A stretch of DNA of 53,471 nt, counting the filler, from Squatina squatina (lineage: Eukaryota): assembly GCA_031763465.1 (NCBI GenBank). It is 3 parts of 2 records of this genome, joined end to end, with 100 filler letters (N's around TTAATTAATTAA, not from the genome) between each part and the next. Parts side by side here need not be neighbours in the genome. Positions count along the whole stretch, not along the records: positions 23,590 to 39,831 come from JARFOE010000222.1; positions 39,932 to 53,471 come from JARFOE010000222.1; 1 more part is not named here. One strand, written 5' to 3'. The translations under genes were made by a program, and so were the position numbers. Below, piece by piece: positions 32,879 through 45,541 of the stretch. The notes below the pieces were generated by a model that saw only the letters and a program-made list of their open reading frames with translations, did no database searches and was not told the DNA's origin. Each line of letters starts with the position of its first letter. Position 1 is the first letter of the stretch.

Positions 32879-35800
32879 TATATTTGTGCTGTTTGACCAA
32901 GCTTTTAGTCAGACCTCCCAACATCTACTCCTTTGTATTGATAATAATTTTTGTCTGAGTATGTATTTGTGAAGCGCCTTGGGTTGTTTTTGACGTTAAA
33001 TTCAAGTTGTTGGTGGTCTTTTTAAACGTGTAGCTTTTAAAAGAGGACAGACTATTCAAGAAACCATGTAACCCCTCTTCTATTCGTTCAGTGGCAACAA
33101 TCTCTTTTTAGAAAAATGCTACCCTTTGTTGATATTTCCAGTTTCGTTGTTTTAGTTTATAGCAAATGTCCACCCACCAATGAACCCTCCAAAGCAAACA
33201 ATAGCGAAAACAGGGTAAGTCAATGCCAACACTGTTGAAACTTGTTTTTACTGTACAGTAATAGTAAAAGTGAATTTGTGATATGAAATAAGTACTGCCA
33301 GAGTCATTTACGTATGAAATATAAATTATTTGGGATCTGGGGGGTTTTTAAGACATAGGTGAAAATTGTAGGCTTCTAGCAGGCATATTGCAATGTAAAG
33401 TGGTTTTGTTATGTCCAGTTCACTGAAACAAGATGAATTAGTAATTAGGTTTGACATCTACAAAGCAATACAGAGCATATGAGCGACATTGTTGTGTAGC
33501 CCAGATGAAAAAAATTCTGCGCATAGGGAGACATGAATTCAAACTAGTGAAAAGTCCTTTACAAAGCCTTTTAGTTCCAACATGACTAATATTACTGAGG
33601 ATACAAAGGTCACTGCAGCCATTAAAATTTGTAGTGTAAGTTAGGTAAGATAGAGGACAACAAAGTGAAAAGCTCTGTTCAAGCAACTAAATTGTATTTT
33701 CCTNNNNNNNNNNNNNNNNNNNNNNNNNNNNNNNNNNNNNNNNNNNNNNNNNNNNNNNNNNNNNNNNNNNNNNNNNNNNNNNNNNNNNNNNNNNNNNNNN
33801 NNNCAGATTGTGCCTCTACTGTTCCCAGGTAGCTGATTCTGTTGCAGTGGAACATTTAACTGGGGGAGTAACTGCTACAATTCATGTGCCCCTATGCTTT
33901 CTGTACTCCCAGACTGCTTACTGCTTCATTGTAATAACTGCTACTCCACAATCTTGGACAAAAAAATCCCTGTCTACTTTTCACTGCTACGGTGAAACTT
34001 TAGAATTGTCACCTTTATTAAGGTCACAAACTCCAGATCTGATACAAAATAACATAACCACTGCAATCTGGGACTCTGTACAAGTTCATCATTCTCAGTG
34101 GCCTGAACAAGTGAAAGTGAGCATGTTTCCTTTTTTGAGAGTTTTTCTAACACCCTTTTTGGAAGTCTATGAATTCTCAGAGCAGTCCATTCCTGCGTTC
34201 TCCCAATAGTACGTGTCAACTTTTTTTGCTAAAATTCAAAGTGAAGAATGTTGGCTCTGTCATTTTCATTTAGTTTCACAATTTATGACTGCTGCTCTGA
34301 ATGTGTATAAAATCTACTTCCAGTGAACTTCCTTAAATGGAATTCTCATAAATAAACAAGGAATATGTGGTATTATCTGACAAAATCACTTAGTCCAAAT
34401 TCATCATGTTAATGCCAGTGACAAGAATACATTTTTTCAAGGATCTCCACTATCAATTTCAATAAATTTAATGGAAATCGGATCACAGCGTAATTGCCAA
34501 TTCATCTGAATTTATTAAAAAGAGATTTCAATTACATACCACAGCTGAATTTTGATGCACAAAATTTAATTAAGAAACATAAGTCTATCTCCTCCTTAAA
34601 CCCAGAAACATTGAAAAGATCTTTCCGCAACTTTTTAAAGAAGCAACTTCCCATTCAGCTACCTGGTAAAATCAGACATTAGTAGGAAGAACCAGGTTAA
34701 ATCATTTACTGAGTATTTTTAATGCCATTTCAGTGTTCCACATNNNNNNNNNNNNNNNNNNNNNNNNNNNNNNNNNNNNNNNNNNNNNNNNNNNNNNNNN
34801 NNNNNNNNNNNNNNNNNNNNNNNNNNNNNNNNNNNNNNNNNNNNNNNNNNNNNNNNNNNNNNNNNNNNNNNNNNNNNNNNNNNNNNNNNNNNNTCAAAGT
34901 GGATTCACTTGTATTATTAATATAAAAAATCAGACCACTTGCTATTTTTATAAATAAAAGAATTCAGATACATAAATCAACTGTCATTCATTAGCATGTT
35001 ACTGACATGTCTGGCAGACATATGAGCAGCCTATCATAGTTCTTTAAAATTATTTTCACCAAGATTAAAACCCTTATACATTAAATATACATTCTAATTC
35101 TACCATAAAGTAATCAGATTACAGAGCAGGTGACATTGTACTCCAGAATTCAAATGATTTGTAGTAATGAGCTGCAGAAGGAACGCTGTACTTCCAACAA
35201 GAACGAGACTGCCTTCAAATTAGCAATAAAATCATTATGAGCTTTTTTCTGGATCACCATCCTGATCATGATTGAGCTGCTGGTTGATTCATCATTGATA
35301 ATTCGATGGCCATGATTTTGTGACATGTTTTTTTACAATTATGTTATTTGCAGTACAATTTTGTTAAATGAGCTCATCTTCCTTAGTCGTAGAAATGAAA
35401 ATTTCCCTTTCTCTCTAAGTCAAAATTCTTGATCAAGAGAGACCAAGATACCTGTTAAATTCGTACAGAAACAGTTACCTCAGGTGCATTGTCTTAAAGC
35501 AGCTGTGCTAACCCTGGGNNNNNNNNNNNNNNNNNNNNNNNNNNNNNNNNNNNNNNNNNNNNNNNNNNNNNNNNNNNNNNNNNNNNNNNNNNNNNNNNNN
35601 NNNNNNNNNNNNNNNNNNCGGAGATCAGGCGGGTGGACAGTTAAAATCTCCTGGGCCTCATCCTGCCAAAATCACAACGGTTTGCCACCAGCCTCCGCTT
35701 CCATCCGCCTGCCCGATTCCCAACCCAAGTTAAGATCTTAAAATTGGAGCTACAGTGTTACAAATTATCCCAGGAATTTGACTTCAAATTAATGAATGAA

Positions 35801-38800
35801 TTAACAGGAAAAAGGTTGCTTCTAAACTGATGAGACCATTTTATATGAACACTTTATATTACTTAAACTTAATAGAAACTCTGAGCAATTTATATGCATT
35901 TAAATTTCTATATAACCATTGAACATAAATGTATCTATTAATTTCAGTGTCCAAGATCATTTTAAGGTAAATAGAAGATTTTTTATAATATATCTTATTT
36001 TGTAAATCATTTTAAAAGGCCTGATTTTTTTTTTCATTTCATAAACCATCCTGAAATATGTTTTATGTATACTTTTGTGGTGAGGTGTTGCAGGAAATGA
36101 AAGATTGGAGTGTTATCCCTATTTAAATGTCACTCTTGGAGGGCTCAACTCCATGACATACTATTTTCAGGTTTTCTCTTGGACTTGATGTTTTTAAACA
36201 ATTTATATATTTTTTTATCACATCAAAGGCAGACTGTAGTTTTTCAAAGGAAAAGGGGAATACTATGCCGATGGCTCTTCCAGCCTTGCATTTCTTATTC
36301 CATTTCATCTTGCTTCGTTTTGACTAATTCAGTAACAGCTACCGGTAATAAAAAAAACTTGTTAGAACTTGTTGTGCCTTGAAGGGCTGTCTTTGATACA
36401 TTAACAGCCAATAGGATGCATTCACTGATTACTTTACAAGAACTCATGTTTACTGATTGATGGTTAATAAAACAGAAACAATTTTACAGGTTGTGAGGAG
36501 AAAATGTTGCCAAATGGCATGTTTTTCTGCAGAAAATACAATGCTCTTGTCACTACTATTTTATTACAGATGGAGATTATAATGTTGCCTAAATGGCTAA
36601 GTCATGAGCTCAGAAATTCTATCTAGTTGACTATATGCTCACTTAAAATAACGATACCTTGTTAATTTTTGTATACAGATTGTACTATAATGGGGCATAA
36701 AGGCAAGAAAAATAATGCAGGCAAGTGAAGATTGAACACAAGGAATAGTTCACAGTTTAAGAAAAGCCAATGTTCCAATCTCATGCAACTGCACTTCAGA
36801 AATTCATTTTTGAACACTATGGAGAAAATACAGGTTTTAGTCAGTGCACTTTCCCACTTCAGACTTGGGCACTGGGCACAAATCCAGCTTGAAAATTGTT
36901 CTTTTGTCTTACTAATAGCTGTCAGGGTAAAGCATAATTAATCTGAAACTAGCCTGCATTGTGCAAAGTCAATATGCAAAAGGAAATTAATAATTTATAA
37001 AACTGAACAACAGAGTTTTTGTGCATCTGAAATGGGAAAGTAACTGCAGGGGCAGAACTTTCAGTGTGAAGTATTTACCCCCTCATGTGTCCCACATTTT
37101 TATTTATTAATGGTCTTCTTTGTTGAACAATTTACCTTTATTAGATAAGAGATCCTTGAAGGGCTCCTATGTAGAGCTTGGGAGATGGATAGTCCCTCAA
37201 NNNNNNNNNNNNNNNNNNNNNNNNNNNNNNNNNNNNNNNNNNNNNNNNNNNNNNNNNNNNNNNNNNNNNNNNNNNNNNNNNNNNNNNNNNNNNNNNNNNN
37301 ATAAGAATACATTTTGCACTTCCAAAATAATATAAATGATTATCTTAGTGACAATGAGACTCGAGAGATAAGAGCCACCATACTGAGATGGACAGATTAG
37401 TACAATGCACAGAAATAAATTAGCTTATAAAGTACAATGCAGTAGGAGGGTTACAGCAGACAGTATAGTATAGAGTATAAATTATATTAAATTTCAAAAC
37501 AGCAACATATGCTCCATCCTAATAAGCCACTAAGGAAGTAGTTCAAAAATAACTCCTTAATAAGCTATTAAATGGGCTTCACATAGAGAAAAACTACAGC
37601 CACATATTATGAACATTGTGAGCAAACCAATAAATTACTGGTGCATACTGATATATATAAAATTTGGTATGTGGGGTGCACATTGAATTGAACTCATTTT
37701 AAGTACCTGTAGAGTCTGTTACTCCTTTAGATAACACAGTGATTATAGATCTGTTCCATATTAAAGGTCACGCTATGTGACATACAACAGCTGCTCTTTT
37801 ATAGTGAGACAATACTACCCTGGGATTGTGCATTTTGGCCACCAGTTCATATAATTTGCTGAAAATGCTCTTTGAACATTTTTTCACTGCCATTTTTAAT
37901 CTGTAACTGAAATGTNNNNNNNNNNNNNNNNNNNNNNNNNNNNNNNNNNNNNNNNNNNNNNNNNNNNNNNNNNNNNNNNNNNNNNNNNNNNNNNNNNNNN
38001 NNNNNNNNNNNNNNNGGAAGCAGTTAAGCCAACTGAGGTATTTGCATGCTGAAGCTGAGCACGAATAGCTCTGTTAAGTATGGGACCCTTAAGGCTAAAG
38101 TTTGCACGTGTTTGAACGCTCAAATTCTAAAGTGGCTAATTGAGGGCATCACTGAAAATTTTCCAAGAGTCTCACTTTCAGCGCTAAATTCGGCGCTTAG
38201 CGCTAGAAACACTAAAATCGCGATTTGGCCACCCAAAGAGTGCAGTTATTTAAGGAATATCACTTCCCAATTACCATGCTACCCATTCTGAAGTACCATG
38301 CTGCCCACCCAGTTTGACAAGTTCATTTTTACAGTGAATAATATTTTTGCTATTGGCTAAAGGATATTTTGTTTTATCAGAACAATATGGCTATAAACTA
38401 TACTTGACTGCATAATCAGCTTACAGTTCTCTGGTATTTTGCATTCAGAATCATCCAGTCATGTTTCCTGAAGAATACCATTCCACACTCAAGATTTCTA
38501 AGGTATAAAGTAATTTTGCATTTTCATGTTGTTAATCCCTTTCATTTGAATCTTAGCATTAGACTGTTTAGTATTCAAAGTCAGTCCGGTCTGTCATAAT
38601 AGCACATATCACTTCGAACCATACACCAAGGATTCTTTCCTCTTGTCTGAGCAGGAAACTTAATCTTCATGGAATACACACAATATCCTTACAAAAGTGC
38701 CTTATCCAATTTGCGATTACACGAGAGTATGGCACTTTATTTTCTGTAAGTGTCACACTTTAATTACCAATATTTATAAATTGTATGAATTCAGCATTGA

Positions 38801-39416
38801 GGAACACTAGCCGATGTTCTCTAAAGATATATATCTTGAGTTGGTATTTCTGTTGTACAACTGCTTCCAGAATCAATATATTTTTCATGTGTATCACCTA
38901 GATGGGTAAAGTCTATGGAGATGATGAATTTTAAGTAAATCTTTGCTCCTTGGTAACATACTCCTTGTGTGGTGTGTAATAAGCAGGTCATGTGCTTACG
39001 GGCTGTACTTCCCATATGTGTTATATACATTAATACAGAGATCAATGCTGTTATATAATACAAAGTCTAAGATGGAATAATCATTGGATTAAATATCTGG
39101 GGGAGTTTACAATGAATTGCTGACTTTGTGGACATTGCCTCCTCGGCCAGACATATCAAGCTGCTTCTCTCAAATTTAGTTTTCTTTATGATTTCTCTGC
39201 GAAATTTTCCAGTGAGAATATCTGGCAGAGAATCTCTACATGTAGCTTTATAAACAGTGACGAGTGTAAGTTCTGGCTGTTTGTGATACTTAGCTGTGAT
39301 TATTGGTGTATGAGGAATTCACCACGATCAAAATTTTTATTGCTACTGGTGAATGATTTGACAGAAAATGTTGGGCAGTTATTTTTCCTGAAAAATTTAC
39401 ACTACACAGCTTTGGG

Positions 39417-39564
39417 TAGATTGTGACTTTGTACGACAGCGTAAAATGGTTGATAGCGAATTGACAGCCGTTTTACATCTCTCCTCATTTTTAATTCCAT
39501 GGACGTCAATCGACTGCCGATTTGCTATCGCCCGTTTTACGCTATTGCACAAAATCGAAATCTA
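39417..39564. mobile_element. MITE-like palindromic element
   Basis: Left arm tagattgtgactttgtacgacagcgtaaaatggttgatagcgaattgacagcc matches the reverse complement of the right arm, tagatttcgattttgtgcaatagcgtaaaacgggcgatagcaaatcggcagtc. Confidence 0.75.
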
Positions 39565-39759
39565 GAGAAGCTGTGAATGCATATAGACAGCATTTCCTTG
39601 CGGGTGGACTTTCAGAGTTCAGATTGCTGCTGGTGGAGCCTTGCCCACGAGTGGCACATTTTGGGAAGTCAGCCATATGCTGCTCACAATTGTCCATCCA
39701 GTGCAGCACAGTGAATTCCAAAAATCGGCCCCTCAATATTTTACTGGACTTATTGAAAA

Positions 39760-39831
39760 GAGAAAGAACTTGTATTTATACAGATCCTTTCACGACCTCA
39801 GGACGTTCCAAAGCGCTTTACAGCTAATGAA
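39760..39831 (-). mobile_element. Deu-domain SINE 3' tail
   Basis: aaagaacttgtatttatac...cctttcacgacctcaggacgttccaaagcgctttacagc. Confidence 0.7.
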
Positions 39832-39931
39832 NNNNNNNNNNNNNNNNNNNNNNNNNNNNNNNNNNNNNNNNNNNNTTAATTAATTAANNNNNNNNNNNNN
39901 NNNNNNNNNNNNNNNNNNNNNNNNNNNNNNN
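39832..39931. other. Artificial scaffold-joining spacer
   Basis: 44 N + TTAATTAATTAA (39876-39887) + 44 N. Confidence 0.95.
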
Positions 39932-40176
39932 CATGGCACTATTTCAAAGAAAAGCAGCGGAGTTATCCCTGGTGTCCTGGCCAATATTTATCCCTCAATC
40001 AACACAACAAAAAAACAGATTATTTGCTGTTTGAGGGAGCTTGCTGTGCATAAATTGGCTGCCGTGTTTCCCAGATTACAGCAGTGACTACACTTCAAAA
40101 AGTACTTCATTGGCTGTAAAATGCTTCGGGACAACCAGTGGTCGTGAAAGGCGCTATATAAATGTGAGTATTTCTT
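39932..40176 (+). mobile_element. Deu-domain SINE ending just before the FBLN1 exon acceptor
   Basis: Aligns to 7060-7315; tail gaaaggcgctatataaatgtgagtatttcttt. Confidence 0.8.
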
Positions 40177-40191
40177 TGCATTTGGTCATAG

Positions 40192-40323
40192 ACATTGATG
40201 AATGTGCATTACCTGCTGGAGGCAACATTTGCTCGTACCGCTGCGTCAATGTTCCTGGCAGCTTCCAGTGTGCTTGCCCAGTAGCTGGCTACACTCTTGC
40301 ACCCAATGGGCGTAACTGCCAAG
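40192..40323 (+). CDS. FBLN1: Fibulin-1 calcium-binding EGF exon
   Basis: catag acceptor and aag|gtagga donor; phase 1-1, 132 nt. [44 protein letters not shown] compared with recalled human FBLN1 [44 protein letters not shown]. Confidence 0.93.
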
Positions 40324-40467
40324 GTAGGAGAGTATTTCTGTCGGGCTCTTAAACTGCTGAATTCACTTTTGTAGTTCCTGGTACAGTGTGGTATTTTAAA
40401 ATATACCATTAGTACATTGAGTTAGTGTGTGCTACAGGCGCTCTTTGTTTAGTGTGAAAGACATAAT

Positions 40468-40608
40468 GGGGTAAATTTCCATCTTCACCTCCTGGGTGCT
40501 AATCTGGCTGAGTGGATCAATGGAATGAAGATCAGGTGGATTCTACAATGGGCAGGTGGTCCACTGCGTCAGATAACCGCCCAGCAAGTGAATATGAAAA
40601 TTTACCTC
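40468..40608. mobile_element. MITE-like palindromic element in an FBLN1 intron
   Basis: ggggtaaatttccatcttcacctcctgggtgctaatctggctgagtggatca matches the reverse complement of the right end, gaggtaaattttcatattcacttgctgggcggttatctgacgcagtggacca. Confidence 0.75.
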
Positions 40609-41886
40609 ATGGGTTCCGGTGCCTTGGCAGGTGCAGTCAGTCAGGCTTTGCTGATTGGTGATCACTTTGGCCAATTAAAGCACGGCGTACTGTGATTTGG
40701 GGCACTTCTGAAGAACCATACAGCATAACAATTGATCAAACCTGCACACGTACCTGTGCCATTGGGCCCACGGTAACACTTACCTTGAGAGTTGCACTAA
40801 TCGTCTGGTCTGATCACCTCTGTCTGGGGATGTGGATGTACAGGTACTGGCAGGTGGGTACGGAACACTCCTTGTGCAGTTCAAACTTCCCTTCAGTGGC
40901 CCTCTTCTTCCCAGCACCTCAGATCGCGATTCCCTCTAGAAAATCTATTGATAGCTGTAATGATGCTGCAGATTTAATAAAATTAAATCAATTGGCACAA
41001 AGGTTCATGAAGTGCCAAGAGAAAAAAGAAATTATGAAAAACAAGCCAGAAATGGCCATAATTCTGATAAAGTAGGCTTCTTTCCTGCAATACTTGGTGC
41101 CAAGTGTAGGCCGCACACTCTGTTTGCTCCTCAACCTGGAGTCTTGCTGTGCGATTATGGCAGCCCGGTCACTCCTGCTTTGGTTATANNNNNNNNNNNN
41201 NNNNNNNNNNNNNNNNNNNNNNNNNNNNNNNNNNNNNNNNNNNNNNNNNNNNNNNNNNNNNNNNNNNNNNNNNNNNNNNNNNNNNNNNAAGGCACTTTCA
41301 AACATTTAAAATGGAACTATGTGTGTGGGAAGCAAAGAAGGGAAAGGAACCTTAACTAGGAGCACATCACAATGGCTCATGCTAAGAATTTCTGAATGGT
41401 GAGTTGTCCGTCCTAGATTGTAGTAAGGTGCCAAGTCCTTCGGAAGCATTTACCATGAAGTGAAGGAAATTCACCCTGCAAAGAGCAGGAATAACAGGCC
41501 AGATAAAAAAGGAAACTTCAACGGATACCTTCAAAATAAATAAGAAGTTAAAAATTGGGATGTTTAATTGAGGCACTGGCACCACTCGATCCAATGAGCT
41601 ATCGAACCCAGAAATTTCTATCACTGAAAAACTCTCGGCTCAGTTTGCTCACAATGGAAAGAAGTGAATTGGTGATGCAGTGCTATGAAACGAATCTGGT
41701 ATTGTGGCTGTTCATTCTGTCTACATTTTCAGGCTTTGCCTGTGTTTATTTCACTCTTTATGTAGATGAGGTGGCATGACTACAGGGTACAGGCAGAGAA
41801 AATGTGGCTGTGTCTTATCAAACTAACCCTGATATTTACAGGGGGCACAGAGGAGGGTAATTGACCCTGATGTTTCCTTCTTGCAG

Positions 41887-42018
41887 AAATTATATTCCTC
41901 CGAGGAGCATTTCCAGTTTTTCCCAGTATCCAGCCAGAAATTGACTTCAGCATCACTGAAGGAAACATACGTGACTCCTTTGACATTATCAAACGATATG
42001 AAAGTGACATTATAGTCG
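41887..42018 (+). CDS. FBLN1: Fibulin-1 isoform D penultimate exon (domain III)
   Basis: ttccttcttgcag acceptor and g|gtaagc donor. [45 protein letters not shown] compared with human 1D EIIFLRA...[25 protein letters not shown]. Not called in the ORF track. Confidence 0.92.
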
Positions 42019-42901
42019 GTAAGCAGTTTTGCAGCTTCTTTTTCATTTATGTTTTTATTGTCATCAACCTGAGGAATGTCGCAACCAGTGACAAAGAAAG
42101 GAATTGTAACCCATCATGGCCGGCGGGAATGTTGTGCAAAGACTTATAGTCCCATTCCTGCTCGAATCCCACCCACTGCCATCTTAATTGAGCGTTTTCT
42201 TTTGGCGTTTGAGGCACCTGCCTGACTTAGGTGAGATCCTCATTAATATATGCTAATTGGGGTTCTACGACGTCCATAGGATCCCAATGGTATTTAATGG
42301 TCTTCTGAGCCAAGCGCCCATGGGGGGCGCTTGGGGGGCTGGTGCACCACTTGGTGAGACCTGGCAGAAAAGAGGAGGCCCCTCCACCCCAAGATGAGTC
42401 AGAAATTTTCCTTAATGGGGTCAGGAGGAGCTCGAGCCTTCTTGCTGGCTCCACCGAAAGTCTGGACGTCTTCTTCCATGGGCTGTCCCATTCTCACCTA
42501 TGAAATGGCCCCGATTTCCATATTACCTCGGTGCTGATGCCGATTTTGACCAGACAGAGGTGGCCAGCTGCCCCTCTCCACCTCTGTTGGGTAGGCAGAT
42601 GGTCGCTGGGAGGGGAATGAGCTGCGGCCATTAAAATCAACTGAGGCTTCCCATGGGTGGGAAGGTCATTAGCTTCCCGCCTGGGAATTAAAATCTGTGT
42701 TAAAGTACTTTATGCTGCTAAAAGTGTCACTTGCATTGTGAGTTCAGCCTGATTCACTGTGTGCCATGGAGGGGGATTTGAAAGAAGTGATTTAATGCTG
42801 TNNNNNNNNNNNNNNNNNNNNNNNNNNNNNNNNNNNNNNNNNNNNNNNNNNNNNNNNNNNNNNNNNNNNNNNNNNNNNNNNNNNNNNNNNNNNNNNNNNN
42901 N

Positions 42902-43027
42902 CCCCATCCTCTTGCCCCATCAAATCACCTGCCCCACCTGCGGTAGAGTTTGTGGATCAGTTACCTCAGACCCACAACTCCGGAGTGGAAGCAAGTCATC
43001 CTCGAGGGACAGCCTAAGAAGAAGAAA
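42902..43027 (+). mobile_element. RTE LINE 3' end
   Basis: TCPTCGRVCGS zinc-knuckle remnant, then gtggaagcaagtcatcctcga and an (AAG)n tail. Confidence 0.65.
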
Positions 43028-43039
43028 GTGCCAAAACAA

Positions 43040-43354
43040 AAGATGAGGTGCCGTTCCTCGAGTTTCTGTTGAGCTTCATTAGAACAGTGTAGGAGACCAA
43101 GGACAGAGAGATCAGAATGGGAGTGGGGCGGGGAATTAAAACGGCAAGCGACCCGAAGCTCAGGGTCACACTTGCTGACTGAACGGAGGTGTTCTGCAAA
43201 GTGATATCCTAATCTGTTTTTGTCTCCCCAACATAAAGGAGACTGCATCATGGGCAGCGAATACAGCATACTACATTGAAAGAAGTACAAGTGATCGCTT
43301 TGCGGAACACCTCCATTCAGTCCGCAAGCGTGACCCTGAGCTTCCGTTTGCTTG
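43040..43354 (-). mobile_element. Penelope-like element GIY-YIG endonuclease fragment with an inverted terminal duplication
   Basis: NRLGYHFAEHLRSVSKCDPELRVACRFNSPPHSHSDLSVLGLLHCSNEAQQKLEERHLIF, the R..EH...VA.HFN motif of Penelope endonucleases. Confidence 0.8.
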
Positions 43355-43599
43355 TCTGTGTTGGGCTAATTAATTTTGAAGTGTTTTACAGTTCCAGGAG
43401 TTTTACCCTTGTTTTAGGACCGTGACATCTCAGTCATTGCTCTGCCCCTTATATACTGAATTTGTACGGATGCCCGGCTCCATTGTACATCAGAAACTGA
43501 CAGGTCAAATAAAAGCTTGTAACATTAAAGTTTGAATGCCCTTGCATAGAACTAGATACAAAAGTTTTCCTCTCCGATGATGCAGTTACCTCTCCAGTC

Positions 43600-43890
43600 G
43601 TGGTTGAGCCGCGATAGTGAGTGTCAGAAGCCTATTCAACCATGAAGGTTTCACAGTCAAGCCAAATCCTGTCCTCACGCAACATCTGCACACATGCACA
43701 TTTTAATAGGTATCGTTGGATAACAATTAGGAGCAGGAACACGGGATGATTTCTGTCCCCCGCCAAGCCCAGGGGCACGAAGGATAGGTGTAGCATCTCA
43801 ATTACTGCCCTGGCTTAGACCAACTAACTCAGCATAAACTGGATGTTGAACCTGGGAACTTCTGCTTTATATGGTTTAGTGCCACATTGT
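43600..43890 (-). mobile_element. Old tRNA-type SINE (same family as 30458-30690)
   Basis: The reverse complement reads actaaaccatataaagcagaagttcccaggttcaacatccagtttatgctgagttagttggtct, with a B-box-like ggttcaa. Confidence 0.55.
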
Positions 43891-44889
43891 ATTTATTAGG
43901 CAAATGAGAGAATGAGTGAAAGAAAGCAAAGAAAAGCTGGAGGTTTGGGGCAAGTGAGAGAACGAAAATAAAGAGCGAGGCCCAGGAAAATAAAACAGTC
44001 AACCAAAGATTATGAAACAAAACAGGAGAGGTGCAGTTATTGCTAAATGTTATATTACAGCTTTGGATTGGCATTGTCTAGTACAAGTTACACCACACTG
44101 AGAAAAACATTGAACAGTTCATTTGTTTCCATATGTTTTCTTGCTGTATTTTCCCTCCCGTATATTCAAGAAATGACAGAAAATAATAGAAATAAAAGAA
44201 AGGCCAAGAGGGAATATTAAAAATACTTGCAAACAACATAAATGGAAATAGTAAGAATTTTTACAAACACCTCAGGTGAAAAAGAATTATTAAGGAGGGA
44301 GTTGGACTAAAAAAATTAGCTTGGTGAGTTATTATGGTAGATAAGGAAATGGCAGAGTAGCTTAATGAATTTACAGAGGAGAGTAAAGGATTAGGAAATA
44401 GAAAGGGAGCAATATATCAATCCAGAAATGAGGAAGCTGTTCCCAAGTGGCTGGGGCTGCTAAGAATAGACAGATGTCTGGGATCACATGGTTAACCACC
44501 GCAGAATACTGAGGGAGGAGCAGAGGGATGAATCATGATTTCAAAAACATAATTGGACACAGGCGCTGTGCTAAAGAAGTGGGTGCTGGTAAATGTTCCA
44601 CCTCGGTTCATAGAGCGAGAGTGAAAATCCAGAAAATATCAGCTGGAAATACTCAGCAGGCCAGGCAGTATCTGGAGAGAGAAACAGAGTTAATGGTTCA
44701 GACCCTTCATCAGAACTGATATATAGATGGGCAATACTGAAGGTTATATTTGCCCGTGAAAGCTCAGCCTGTACTTCGACATCACTGAGTTGAAATCACG
44801 CTAAATTACAAAAGTAAACATTGTGCTGGCATGAAATTCTTTTGTCCACTAATTTAAAAAGGTGCTAAATATAACAATTAACAGGAAGG

Positions 44890-45100
44890 TGATGTTGAAG
44901 TAAGCTGAGTGAGGTACTGCAGTGCATCGTGCAGACAGGACACACCGCAGCCACAGACCAGTGGCAAGGGCCCCAAGCGAGCAGACGAGTCTATCCTGGA
45001 TGGAATTGGAGTTCTTGAATGTTTTTGCGGCTGTACTCATCCAAGCGAGTGGTAGGTATTCCATCAAACATGTGCCTCGAGTCCTGTAGATGGTGAAGAG
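44890..45100 (-). mobile_element. LINE RT C-terminal fragment
   Basis: MEYLPLAWMSTAAKTFKNSNSIQDR matches the LEY.S..W...L...Q motif of CR1/L2-clade RTs. Confidence 0.65.
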
Positions 45101-45200
45101 GTATTGAGGGGAGTTTTTGATTTGGTTAAGGATAGGAATGGCAAGTCAGCAGTATAGAGTGGCTGCTTTGTGTTCACCTGTCCCTCCTTTCCCCCTCCAG

Positions 45201-45340
45201 GTGTTGTTCGAATGGTGAAACCAGTCATCGGAACATTCACTACCACCTTAAAGCTGGAAATGGACTACAGGATGTCAGGGCAACTGTCTCATCGCAACAT
45301 TGTGTACGTTTACATCTACATCTCGGAAAACTGGTTCTAG
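45201..45340 (+). CDS. FBLN1: Fibulin-1 isoform D terminal coding exon
   Basis: Strong pyrimidine tract plus ccag. GVVRMVKPVIGTFTTTLKLEMDYRMSGQLSHRNIVYVYIYISENWF* compared with human 1D [23 protein letters not shown]...SHRNVVNVHIFVSEYWF. Confidence 0.93.
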
Positions 45341-45535
45341 GGAGTTTTTTTTCACATAAAAGGTAACCTGTAGCAAACAGAACTGGTCACAGCTGTTAGC
45401 CACTGAATATTACAGGAACAATTCTTCTGTACTTCACTTCTGCTCCCTAAACACCAGCACCAGTATGAGAACGATGCTTAAAGCAGAGCTGCATGCTTTT
45501 TAAAGATCTATGTTTCCTCTCAAATTTTTATTTAG

Positions 45536-45541
45536 AATAAA
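45536..45541 (+). terminator. Candidate FBLN1D polyadenylation signal
   Basis: AATAAA about 195 nt downstream of the stop codon. Confidence 0.45.
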
